From positions 256,001 to 320,000 of the forward strand of contig JAVKJW010000001.1 of assembly GCA_031458695.1 (NCBI GenBank): DNA of 64,000 nt, in the 5' to 3' direction. A model generated the notes under the pieces. It was not told the origin of the DNA, did not search any database, and saw only the letters and a list, made by a program, of their open reading frames with translations. Shown one piece after another: positions 56,479 through 64,000 of the stretch. Numbering within the stretch: position 1 is the stretch's first letter; each line of letters opens with the position of its first letter. Origin of the DNA: Candidatus Thermofontivivens primus. GTDB lineage: Bacteria > Sysuimicrobiota > Sysuimicrobiia > Sysuimicrobiales > Thermofontiviventaceae. The position numbers were made by a program, and so were the translations under genes.

Positions 56479-56507
56479 TTGACACCCAAATGGCCCCATG
56501 GTAGAAT
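56479..56507 (+). promoter_or_regulatory. Sigma70-type promoter of the rplU operon
   Basis: TTGACA-N17-TAGAAT with an extended TG. Confidence 0.8.
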
Positions 56508-56530
56508 CCGGAAGGTCGGAGGTGGCAACA

Positions 56531-56875
56531 TTGTACGCGATCGTGGAGGCCAAGGGGAAGCAGTATCGGGTTGAAGAGGGCATGGTCCTGTGCGTGGACA
56601 AGCTACCGGAAGAACCTGGTCAGGAGGTTCTGCTTGACCAGGTTCTCCTGATTGCAGAGGGGGATCGGATTACTGTCGGAAAGCCTGTCGTGGAAGGGGC
56701 TAGGGTTGTGGCCAGAGTCCTGGGGCACGGGAGGCACAAGAAGATCCGGGGTCTCAAATATAAGCCCAAGGTACGCTATCGGAGAAGGTTTGGTCACCGC
56801 CAGCCTTATACCGAGATCCGGATCGAGAGGATTGAGTTCGCCTCTGGAGGAGAAACCTCCAACCAGTCCGGCTAA
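56531..56875 (+). CDS. rplU: 50S ribosomal protein L21
   Basis: YAIVE..GKQYRV and GHRQPYT. TTG start after GGAGGT. Confidence 0.96.
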   Translation: MYAIVEAKGKQYRVEEGMVLCVDKLPEEPGQEVLLDQVLLIAEGDRITVGKPVVEGARVVARVLGHGRHKKIRGLKYKPKVRYRRRFGHRQPYTEIRIERIEFASGGETSNQSG

Positions 56876-56893
56876 GGTCGGGGGGGATGCGTG

Positions 56894-57148
56894 ATGGCCC
56901 ATAAGAAAGGTGGAGGGAGCACTAGGAACGGGCGCGACAGCCCAGGACAGAGGCTCGGGGTTAAGCGGTTCGCCGGCGAGTTCGTCCGTGCCGGTCATAT
57001 TCTGGTCCGGCAGAGAGGGACGCGGATCAAACCCGGAGTGAATGTAGGAATCGGGCGGGATTTTACGCTTTTCGCCCTGACCGATGGGATCGTTGTATTC
57101 GAGCGGAGGGGGCGTGACAGCCGGGTTGTTAGTGTGGTCCCGGTTTGA
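56894..57148 (+). CDS. rpmA: 50S ribosomal protein L27
   Basis: [16 protein letters not shown]...RLGVK...RQRGT. Confidence 0.97.
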   Translation: MAHKKGGGSTRNGRDSPGQRLGVKRFAGEFVRAGHILVRQRGTRIKPGVNVGIGRDFTLFALTDGIVVFERRGRDSRVVSVVPV

Positions 57149-57339
57149 GGAGAGCAGAACGTCTCTTTTCTCACGAGCACTCCCACAAACTGCACTGCAA
57201 TTTCGTAGGGGGGAAATGGAGCCCGTCGAAATTTTGTGAGAAGGGTTCGCTGGACTCGTTCATGATGCCAAGAGGACACGCGATCAGGGGCCCCAGCGAG
57301 CCCCTTTCTGTTTTTCCCAGGGGAGCAAGAAGCGGAGCC

Positions 57340-58344
57340 ATGTTTGTGGACAGAGCTGTGATCTATGTAAAAGGCGGCAATGGGGGACGCGGATGTATCA
57401 GCTTCCATCGGGAAAAGTTCCGCCCCCGTGGGGGACCTGACGGTGGCGACGGGGGTCGGGGTGGGAACGTGGTCCTGATCGCCGATGAGGGCATGCATAG
57501 CCTTCTCGATTTCCAGTACCGGCGTCACTTCCGGGCCGAAGACGGTGGTCATGGCCAGGGGAACAACCGCCATGGGAAGGATGGGGAGGATTTGGTGATC
57601 CGGGTCCCTGCGGGTACCATCGTGCGGGATCAAGCAACTGGAGTGGTGCTGGCCGACCTCACCGTCCATGGGCAGAAGGCAGTGGTCGCGAGGGGGGGAA
57701 GGGGAGGAAGAGGGAATGCGCGCTTCGCAACGTCGACGCGGCAGGCACCCATGTTTGCGGAGCCTGGGGAAAAGGGGGAGGAGCGATGGATTGAGTTAGA
57801 ATTGCGATTGCTGGCCGATGTGGGGCTCATCGGCATGCCGAACGCGGGGAAGTCCACGCTCCTGAGCAAGGTCTCCTCTGCCCGGCCGAAGATTGCCGAC
57901 TATCCTTTCACTACGATTCACCCGAACCTGGGTGTGGTGACGAGGGAGGATGGGAGGAGATTGGTGATGGCGGACATCCCCGGCCTTATCGAGGGTGCGC
58001 ATCGCGGGGCAGGGATGGGCCACGACTTCCTCCGGCATATCCAGAGGACGCGTATCCTCGTACACATCCTCGACCTTTCTGCACCGCGGGACCCCCTCGG
58101 GGACTTTTCTGCAATCAACAGAGAACTGGAGCTCTACGACCCCTCCCTGACTTCCCGCCCAATGGTGGTGGCTCTCAACAAGATCGACCTTCCTGAGGCG
58201 AGGGCCCGTGTGGAGGAAGTGGCTTCTGTACTTCATGCGCAGGGATTTCGGTGTTTCCCCATCTCCGCGCTGACGGGGGAGGGCGTCTCGTCCCTGCTCG
58301 ATGCTCTGTTCGCTCTTCTGGCGCCTCCGGCACAAGCCTCTTGA
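57340..58344 (+). CDS. obgE: GTPase ObgE (short form without C-terminal extension)
   Basis: MFVD...GGNGG, GMPNAGKST, YPFTT, DIPG and NKID. Confidence 0.96.
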   Translation: MFVDRAVIYVKGGNGGRGCISFHREKFRPRGGPDGGDGGRGGNVVLIADEGMHSLLDFQYRRHFRAEDGGHGQGNNRHGKDGEDLVIRVPAGTIVRDQATGVVLADLTVHGQKAVVARGGRGGRGNARFATSTRQAPMFAEPGEKGEERWIELELRLLADVGLIGMPNAGKSTLLSKVSSARPKIADYPFTTIHPNLGVVTREDGRRLVMADIPGLIEGAHRGAGMGHDFLRHIQRTRILVHILDLSAPRDPLGDFSAINRELELYDPSLTSRPMVVALNKIDLPEARARVEEVASVLHAQGFRCFPISALTGEGVSSLLDALFALLAPPAQAS

Positions 58345-58489
58345 ATCGGGCAATCCTTACCGGGGCCCTTCCATGGATCAAGCGGTATGTCCTGCGCTCT
58401 GATTCTGGCATGGACCTCTAGAGGAGGAAGGGTGAGAGAGAGCGAAAAGACTTCAAAAGGTCCAGGGAGGTGCATGGATCGGGAGGTTC

Positions 58490-59146
58490 GTGGAGAAGCA
58501 CGCATCAAAGCGCAGAATCGGACTTATGGGTGGGACGTTTGATCCCATCCACTTCGGTCACCTGGTTACTGCGGAGGAAGCCCGCGTCCAGTTCTCCCTG
58601 GAGAGAGTGATCTTCATTCCCAACCGGCATCCTCCCCTCAAGGACCCCCGCGAGGTTACCGATCCTGAACACCGTTACCTCATGACCGTCCTCGCCACGG
58701 TAGGGAACCCTTACTTCACCGTCTCGCGGATTGAGATCGACAGGCCTGGGCCTTCGTACACCATCGATACACTTCGAGCATTTCTCCAAATTTACCCGGA
58801 TGCGGACCTCTTCTTCATCACCGGGGCCGATGCCCTCTTGCAGATCCTCCGGGGGATGTGGCATGGGGCCAGGGAGTTGCTGCAGATGTGCCAGTTCATT
58901 GCAGCTTCTCGACCTGGGTATATCCTGGACAGGGAGCAGCTTGAGCGGAATAATCTCACCGGGAACGACCTTCGGAACGTCCACGCCATGACGATCCCTG
59001 CGCTGGCTATCTCCTCCACCGATATCCGGGAGAGGGTGCGGCAAGGACGGCCAATCAAATATCTTGTTCCCGAGCCGGTGGAGGACTATATTTTCAAACA
59101 TGGACTTTACCGCCCAAAGGCGGCAGGAGAGGGAGAAGGAGGGTAG
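58490..59146 (+). CDS. nadD: Nicotinate-nucleotide adenylyltransferase
   Basis: [20 protein letters not shown] and ISSTDIR. Confidence 0.95.
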   Translation: MEKHASKRRIGLMGGTFDPIHFGHLVTAEEARVQFSLERVIFIPNRHPPLKDPREVTDPEHRYLMTVLATVGNPYFTVSRIEIDRPGPSYTIDTLRAFLQIYPDADLFFITGADALLQILRGMWHGARELLQMCQFIAASRPGYILDREQLERNNLTGNDLRNVHAMTIPALAISSTDIRERVRQGRPIKYLVPEPVEDYIFKHGLYRPKAAGEGEGG

Positions 59147-59151
59147 GATAT

Positions 59152-59508
59152 TTGGCGAGCGAAGCGCTGGCAAGGGCTCTACGGATTGCAGAGGTGGCGG
59201 CGGAGAAAAAAGGCGAGGATATCCTCGTTTTGGACCTGCGGGAACTGACCTTGGTGACGGACTATTTCGTCATCTGCACAGGAACAACGACGATCCAAAT
59301 CAGGGCGATTGCGGAGGCGGTCGAGGAGGCAATGTCGAAGGAAGGCCGGCATCCCCTGGGAAGGGAGGGTCTAGAGGATGGGCGGTGGGTCCTGCTGGAC
59401 TATGGGGATGTGGTCGTCCACCTGTTCGCCCCCGAGGAGCGCAAGTATTACAAACTGGAGCGCCTCTGGGGGGATGCAGAGCGCGTGGATTGGGAACAAA
59501 AGGGATAG
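59152..59508 (+). CDS. rsfS: Ribosome silencing factor
   Basis: KKGEDI, DYFVIC, WVLLDYGDVVVH and YYKLERLW. Confidence 0.95.
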   Translation: MASEALARALRIAEVAAEKKGEDILVLDLRELTLVTDYFVICTGTTTIQIRAIAEAVEEAMSKEGRHPLGREGLEDGRWVLLDYGDVVVHLFAPEERKYYKLERLWGDAERVDWEQKG

Positions 59509-59555
59509 GAAGGATCCTCAGCGAACGCGAGAAGACTTGTTGCCGGGGTATTGAG

Positions 59556-60494
59556 ATGAAGGTCAATCTGCGCAAGGCAACAGCGCAAGACATCCCGGTG
59601 CTTGTGGACATCTATGAGCGGGCCTACTTGGGAGGGTATTCCGCCTGCTTCGACAAGTACGGAGCGGTGACGCCCCAGGACTTCTGGTGGGTTCAATCGG
59701 AGAAAGAGGTATACTTGCTGGAAGTGAACAGGCGTCCCATCGGCCTTGTGATCATTGGGAAGGATGAGGGCAGGCTGGTTGTGGAGGAGCTCATTGGAGA
59801 GGCCGGTAGTGGGCGCCCATCTCCGCTGAGGGCTGGGGGAGAAGCAGAGACGCTGATCCACCGTGTGTACACTTTCCTGAGTCGAAAGTTTCAGGAGGAG
59901 CGGCAAGATCTCCTCCTCTTGCGAGCCGCGGAGAGCAACTCCTTCGCCCTCTCGCTGGCTCATCGCTTCGCCTTTACCTTCTCCAACGCGCTCGTGGTGA
60001 TGAGCCGGAACCTCTCAGGGAAGATCCCCGTGGAGATCCCTGAGGGATACAACATCCGACAGGCAGGTCTGGAGGACGTGACGCACATCGCCAGGATGTC
60101 TCAGGAATGTTTGGAGGACCCGTTCAAACCGGAGGACATTCGCAAGTTCCTCACCCGGCCATCCCACCGGGGATTCCTGGCCGTCCACGTTGGCGAAGCC
60201 TCGGCCCCTAAGGGGTTCCTTGCAGGGAGCACCGGGGAGTATCCTGTCGGCTTCCTCCTGGTGCAGGTGCGAGATGGGCAGGTAGGGGAGATGGTTGTGG
60301 GTGTCCGGGAGTACCACCGGGGAAAGGGATTGGGGAAGGCGTTGGGGAATCTCGGGCTGAATTTCCTCTCCCGGAGGCACGTATCCCGGGTCTTCACAAC
60401 CCATTGGGCGCTCAACCCTCTCGCCGAGCGGTTCACCCGCCGTCTTGGGTTCACTCCAGAGCGTGTATACATGTACTTCGAGAAACAGCTTTAA
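59556..60494 (+). CDS. Tandem GNAT-family acetyltransferase
   Basis: Two 'lR.A...D' GNAT starts. Motif A 'V..YHRGKGLG' is present in the second domain only. Confidence 0.7.
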   Translation: MKVNLRKATAQDIPVLVDIYERAYLGGYSACFDKYGAVTPQDFWWVQSEKEVYLLEVNRRPIGLVIIGKDEGRLVVEELIGEAGSGRPSPLRAGGEAETLIHRVYTFLSRKFQEERQDLLLLRAAESNSFALSLAHRFAFTFSNALVVMSRNLSGKIPVEIPEGYNIRQAGLEDVTHIARMSQECLEDPFKPEDIRKFLTRPSHRGFLAVHVGEASAPKGFLAGSTGEYPVGFLLVQVRDGQVGEMVVGVREYHRGKGLGKALGNLGLNFLSRRHVSRVFTTHWALNPLAERFTRRLGFTPERVYMYFEKQL

Positions 60495-60585
60495 AGAAAA
60501 TCTTTCGCGCTTAGCGGTAGGTACCTTCGACCTTTCCCGTATTCCCTCGCATACGGGCTTGGCGGCACAAGGGGAGAGCGGCGTG

Positions 60586-60615
60586 TTGACGGGGGAAATG
60601 GGGATGTGGTATACT
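60586..60615 (+). promoter_or_regulatory. Sigma70-type promoter of the infC operon
   Basis: TTGACG-N18-TATACT with an extended TG. Confidence 0.75.
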
Positions 60616-60686
60616 GTCGGCGCTTTACCGCGGAGGCAGCCTTCAGTATACTGGAACTAGAACTTGGCCTCCCGGGAGGGAAAGGT

Positions 60687-61202
60687 ATCGAGCGAGAACA
60701 TCGGGTAAACGAGCGGATCCGAGCACGGGAGCTCCGCGTCATTGGGCCCGATGGGCAGCAGCTGGGGATTATGCCCCTACGCGAAGCCCTGCGGATTGCC
60801 CAGGAGTATGGCCTTGACCTTGTTGAGGTTTCCCCGACGGCCCAGCCTCCCGTTGCCAAGATCATGGACTATGGGAAGTACAAGTACGAGCAGAGCAAAC
60901 GGGAACGGGAGGCACATCGGAAGCACAAGCAGTTCGAGATCAAAGGGATGCGGTTGAGTCCGAAGATCGGGGAGCACGACTTTCAGATCAAGGCAAAGCA
61001 TGTGTACGAATTTCTGAAGGGAGGAAATAAGGTCAAGGTCTCTATGTGGTTCCGGGGGCGGGAGATGGCGCACCCAAAGTTTGGCGAGCAGATCCTCCAC
61101 CGCCTGGCGGAGATGGTTTCGGAAGTTGGACAAGTCGAACGACCCCCTCAGTTTGAGGGGCGGAATATGGTGATGGTCCTGGCCCCCAAGAAGACCTCGT
61201 AG
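60687..61202 (+). CDS. infC: Translation initiation factor IF-3 (ATC start)
   Basis: VNERIR, DLVEV, KIMDYGKYKYE and FRGRE. SD GGAGG lies 7 nt before the in-frame ATC. Confidence 0.95.
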   Translation: MEREHRVNERIRARELRVIGPDGQQLGIMPLREALRIAQEYGLDLVEVSPTAQPPVAKIMDYGKYKYEQSKREREAHRKHKQFEIKGMRLSPKIGEHDFQIKAKHVYEFLKGGNKVKVSMWFRGREMAHPKFGEQILHRLAEMVSEVGQVERPPQFEGRNMVMVLAPKKTS

Positions 61203-61215
61203 GGGGAACGTGTAC

Positions 61216-61416
61216 ATGGGAAAGGCAAAGACACATCAGGGAGCAGCGAAGCGGATCAAGGTGACAGGTTCGGGGAAGCTCCTGCGCCGGCACCAGATGA
61301 TCTCGCACCTCCGCATGAAGAAGCGGAGCAAACGGATGCGAGTATTGAAGGTACCGGCATCTGTTCACCCTGCGGACCTCAAGAGGGTGGAACGTCTGAT
61401 CCCTTTCAAGGGCTGA
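61216..61416 (+). CDS. rpmI: 50S ribosomal protein L35
   Basis: KAKTHQGAAKRIKVTGSGK, located between infC and rplT. Confidence 0.95.
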   Translation: MGKAKTHQGAAKRIKVTGSGKLLRRHQMISHLRMKKRSKRMRVLKVPASVHPADLKRVERLIPFKG

Positions 61417-61440
61417 CCCGGTAGGAGGGAAAGGGAGATC

Positions 61441-61800
61441 ATGGCACGCGTCAAGCGCGGGGTTACCGCCCGTCGCAGACACAAGAAGATCCTCAAGTTG
61501 GCCAAGGGGTACTGGGGTAAGCACAGCCGGTGGTTCAAGCTGGCCAACCAGTACGTGATGCGGGCCCTTCACGCCGCCTATCGCGATCGGAGGCTCCGGA
61601 AGCGCGAGTTCCGAAGGTTGTGGATCGCCCGCATCAACGCCATCTGTCGCGAACACGGCTTCACCTATAGCACCTTCATCAGGGCCCTGCGCAGGGAGGG
61701 GATCCATCTGAACCGAAAGGCTCTGGCGGATCTCGCCGTAAGAGACCGGCAGGCGTTCTCCGGGCTTATTGAGCAGGTCAAGGAGAGCATACAGAGATAA
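61441..61800 (+). CDS. rplT: 50S ribosomal protein L20
   Basis: MARVKRG...LAKGY, RDRR..KREFRRLWIARINA and NRKALADLA. Confidence 0.97.
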   Translation: MARVKRGVTARRRHKKILKLAKGYWGKHSRWFKLANQYVMRALHAAYRDRRLRKREFRRLWIARINAICREHGFTYSTFIRALRREGIHLNRKALADLAVRDRQAFSGLIEQVKESIQR

Positions 61801-61820
61801 GGTCCCCCTTCCCAGAACCT

Positions 61821-63176
61821 ATGGCAAAAGTGCTACACTTCCCCGTGCGGGAAGCATACCGCAGGCTTGAGCTCAATCCGGCCCAGACCATTGTCCTGGG
61901 ATTTGCCTTGACTGTCTTCATCGGTGTCGTCCTCTTGAGCCTGCCTTTCTCCACAGCTGACGGTAAGGGCGCTCCCTTGCTTACTGCCCTCTTCACAGCG
62001 ACTTCCGCAACCTGTGTGACCGGGCTCGTTGTCGTGGATACAGCGGACTATTACTCCCTATTTGGCGAGCTCGTAGTCCTGCTCCTCATCCAGGTTGGAG
62101 GTCTCGGCTACATGACCTCCGCCACGCTGTTCAGCATTCTGGTGGGTAAGCGCATCGGTCTCCGTGAGCGGATCATTCTTATGGAAGCGTATAACCTCGA
62201 CACCCTCGGGGGGGTTGTGAGGCTGACCAGGAACATCGTCCTCATGGCCCTGGCGTTTGAGGGGATCGGAGTGGTCCTTTTATCCCTCCGCTGGATTCCC
62301 GAGTTCGGGGTGTGGCGCGGGTTATACTATAGCTTGTTCCACGCTGTCTCCGCATTCAACAATGCCGGATTCGACCTCATGGGGAATTTCCGGAGTTTCA
62401 CCCAGTATGTGGTAGACCCTTATGTCAACCTGGTGGTGAGCGCTCTCATTATTGCCGGAGGCCTTGGATTCATCGTTCTCATCAACCTCCCCCGTTTCCC
62501 AAGGGTCAACCTGCACGCGAAGGTCGTCCTGACAACTTCAGCAGCGCTCATTGGGGTTGGCACCCTGTCGATCTTTCTCCTGGAGGGAAAGAATCCCCTC
62601 ACGTTGGGGAAACTTCCACCTGCAGGGAAGCTGTTGGCGGCGTTCTTCCAGAGCGTCACCCCCAGGACGGCAGGATTCAGCACCCTGGATATCGCTCACT
62701 TCCGGGAGCCCACTCTCCTCCTCCTGAGCGTGCTCATGTTCATCGGGGCCTCCCCAGGGGGAACGGGAGGGGGGATCAAGACGACGACGTTCGCGGTTCT
62801 CCTTGCAGCAATCTGGACGATGATCCGTGGGAGGCAGGATGTAGAGATCTACAACCGGCGGGTCCCGTCGGTCGTCATTTATAAAGCGCTGACCATTGCC
62901 CTTGTCGCCGTCGCCCTCGTTGTCACCATGACGATCCTGCTAGCCACTCTGGAGAGGTCCAAAGTGGTCCCTGCGCTGTTCGAAGTAACCTCGGCATTTG
63001 GTACAGTAGGACTTACCACAGGGATCACCCCGCGTCTCACGGCAGCGGGAAAGGTCCTGCTCATCGTCACCATGTTCCTGGGAAGGGTGGGGCTCCTGAC
63101 TTTCACCCTGGCGTTCATGAGGCGGCAGGCTCCCATGCGGTACAGGTATCCCGAAGAGCGCGTCCTCGTAGGGTGA
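61821..63176 (+). CDS. ktrB: Ktr/Trk potassium uptake membrane subunit
   Basis: Pore loops SATCVTGL, SAFNNAGF, PRTAGF and SAFGTVGL. Confidence 0.92.
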   Translation: MAKVLHFPVREAYRRLELNPAQTIVLGFALTVFIGVVLLSLPFSTADGKGAPLLTALFTATSATCVTGLVVVDTADYYSLFGELVVLLLIQVGGLGYMTSATLFSILVGKRIGLRERIILMEAYNLDTLGGVVRLTRNIVLMALAFEGIGVVLLSLRWIPEFGVWRGLYYSLFHAVSAFNNAGFDLMGNFRSFTQYVVDPYVNLVVSALIIAGGLGFIVLINLPRFPRVNLHAKVVLTTSAALIGVGTLSIFLLEGKNPLTLGKLPPAGKLLAAFFQSVTPRTAGFSTLDIAHFREPTLLLLSVLMFIGASPGGTGGGIKTTTFAVLLAAIWTMIRGRQDVEIYNRRVPSVVIYKALTIALVAVALVVTMTILLATLERSKVVPALFEVTSAFGTVGLTTGITPRLTAAGKVLLIVTMFLGRVGLLTFTLAFMRRQAPMRYRYPEERVLVG

Positions 63177-63224
63177 GGGGAGGAACGGAGATCCTGGGAT
63201 ATTGCGAATGGAAGAAGTGGAGGG

Positions 63225-63878
63225 ATGGGTATGGACTTCGCAGTGATCGGCCTGGGCCGGTTTGGCTCCAGTGTCGCTAAGACCTTGCACCAACTCGGCC
63301 ACAATGTCCTCGCTCTTGATAAAGACGAGCACGCGGTGAATGCCATCATGGAACATGTCACCCAGGCCATGCAAATCGACTCGACCGATCCAGAGGCGTT
63401 GAAGGCGGTGGGGATCACCAACTTCGATGCAGTGATCGTCGCCATTGGGGTGAACATCCAAGAGAGCATCCTCACCACGTTGATCCTCAAGGAGCTGGGC
63501 GTAAAAAAGGTGATTGCCAAGGCAGTGGATGAGCTCCAAGGGAAGGTCCTGGAGAAAGTCGGGGCGGACATGGTCGTCTTCCCGGAGCGAGATATGGGCG
63601 TCCGCCTCGCACACACCCTCTGCTCGCCCAACGTGATCGATTTCCTGCAGCTTACCCCAGAGTACAGCGTAGAGGAGGTTGTCGTCCCTGAGAAGTTCGA
63701 TGGAAAGTCCCTGAAGGATCTCGATCTGCGGGCCCGCTTCGGCGTGAATGTCCTCCTGATCAGGCGGGACAGCGAATTGATCATTTCCCCGGCGGGCGAG
63801 ACCATCCTGCGGTGTGGGGACATCCTGATTGTGGTAGGGGAGAACCGCCAGCTCAGCAGGTTGGAGGCCTTCCTCTGA
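63225..63878 (+). CDS. ktrA: Ktr/Trk potassium uptake RCK subunit
   Basis: FAVIGLGRFG, VVFPERDMG and a C-terminal TrkA_C domain. Confidence 0.92.
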   Translation: MGMDFAVIGLGRFGSSVAKTLHQLGHNVLALDKDEHAVNAIMEHVTQAMQIDSTDPEALKAVGITNFDAVIVAIGVNIQESILTTLILKELGVKKVIAKAVDELQGKVLEKVGADMVVFPERDMGVRLAHTLCSPNVIDFLQLTPEYSVEEVVVPEKFDGKSLKDLDLRARFGVNVLLIRRDSELIISPAGETILRCGDILIVVGENRQLSRLEAFL

Positions 63879-63950
63879 GGAACCCTGGTCAACACCTCAT
63901 GAGGAGATCTTGCTGAGGGTTTGGAGAAGGGGAAAGCGGTTCCACCGTCT

Positions 63951-64000
63951 ATGCGCGAAGTCATTACCAGCACCAGGAATCCCCTGGTGAAAAGGCTGAG
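63951..64000 (+). CDS. Probable TrmH/SpoU-family RNA methyltransferase, N-terminus only
   Basis: MREVITSTRNPLVKRL matches the 'ITS..NP.VK' start of this family. It is cut by the window end. Confidence 0.6.
   Translation, partial: MREVITSTRNPLVKRL

Noticed and set aside
61441..64000. ktrB-ktrA directly after rplT as a novel linkage
   Set aside because: To my knowledge a similar infC-rpmI-rplT-ktr-trmH order occurs in clostridial genomes, so it was treated as ordinary synteny.

Overview
A gene-dense, GC-rich bacterial chromosome segment with about 65 CDS and 2 tRNAs. No integrase, transposase, prophage or CRISPR array was seen. Housekeeping genes include prs, gltX, leuS, rplU-rpmA-obgE-nadD-rsfS and infC-rpmI-rplT-ktrB-ktrA. 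Accessory modules are an exported rhodanese-YeeE-TusA sulfur unit, DUF5752-TreT, a LacI-controlled sugar isomerase/kinase/ABC/BNR operon, a MoxR-DUF58-VWA operon, MlaEFD, polyamine genes around an archaeal-type DNA ligase, and a split Liv-type ABC/acyl-CoA ligase cluster. The mix of Firmicutes-like features (SpoVS, CsaB, T-box, KtrAB) with outer-membrane genes (Mla, LapA) and thermophile-type enzymes suggests a thermophilic diderm Terrabacterium; this is inference only. The most striking signal is a complete leucine T-box riboswitch upstream of leuS that has an intact tRNA-Ala(GGC) gene nested inside it, at the tip of Stem III. Other highlights are an unannotated 30-aa histone-H1-like Lys/Ala peptide gene, SigH-like promoters, a REP-like palindrome family, a structured leader before the FmdB gene, and a PRPP synthetase lacking the catalytic lysine. 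All calls come from reading the sequence by eye; no searches or folding programs were run.
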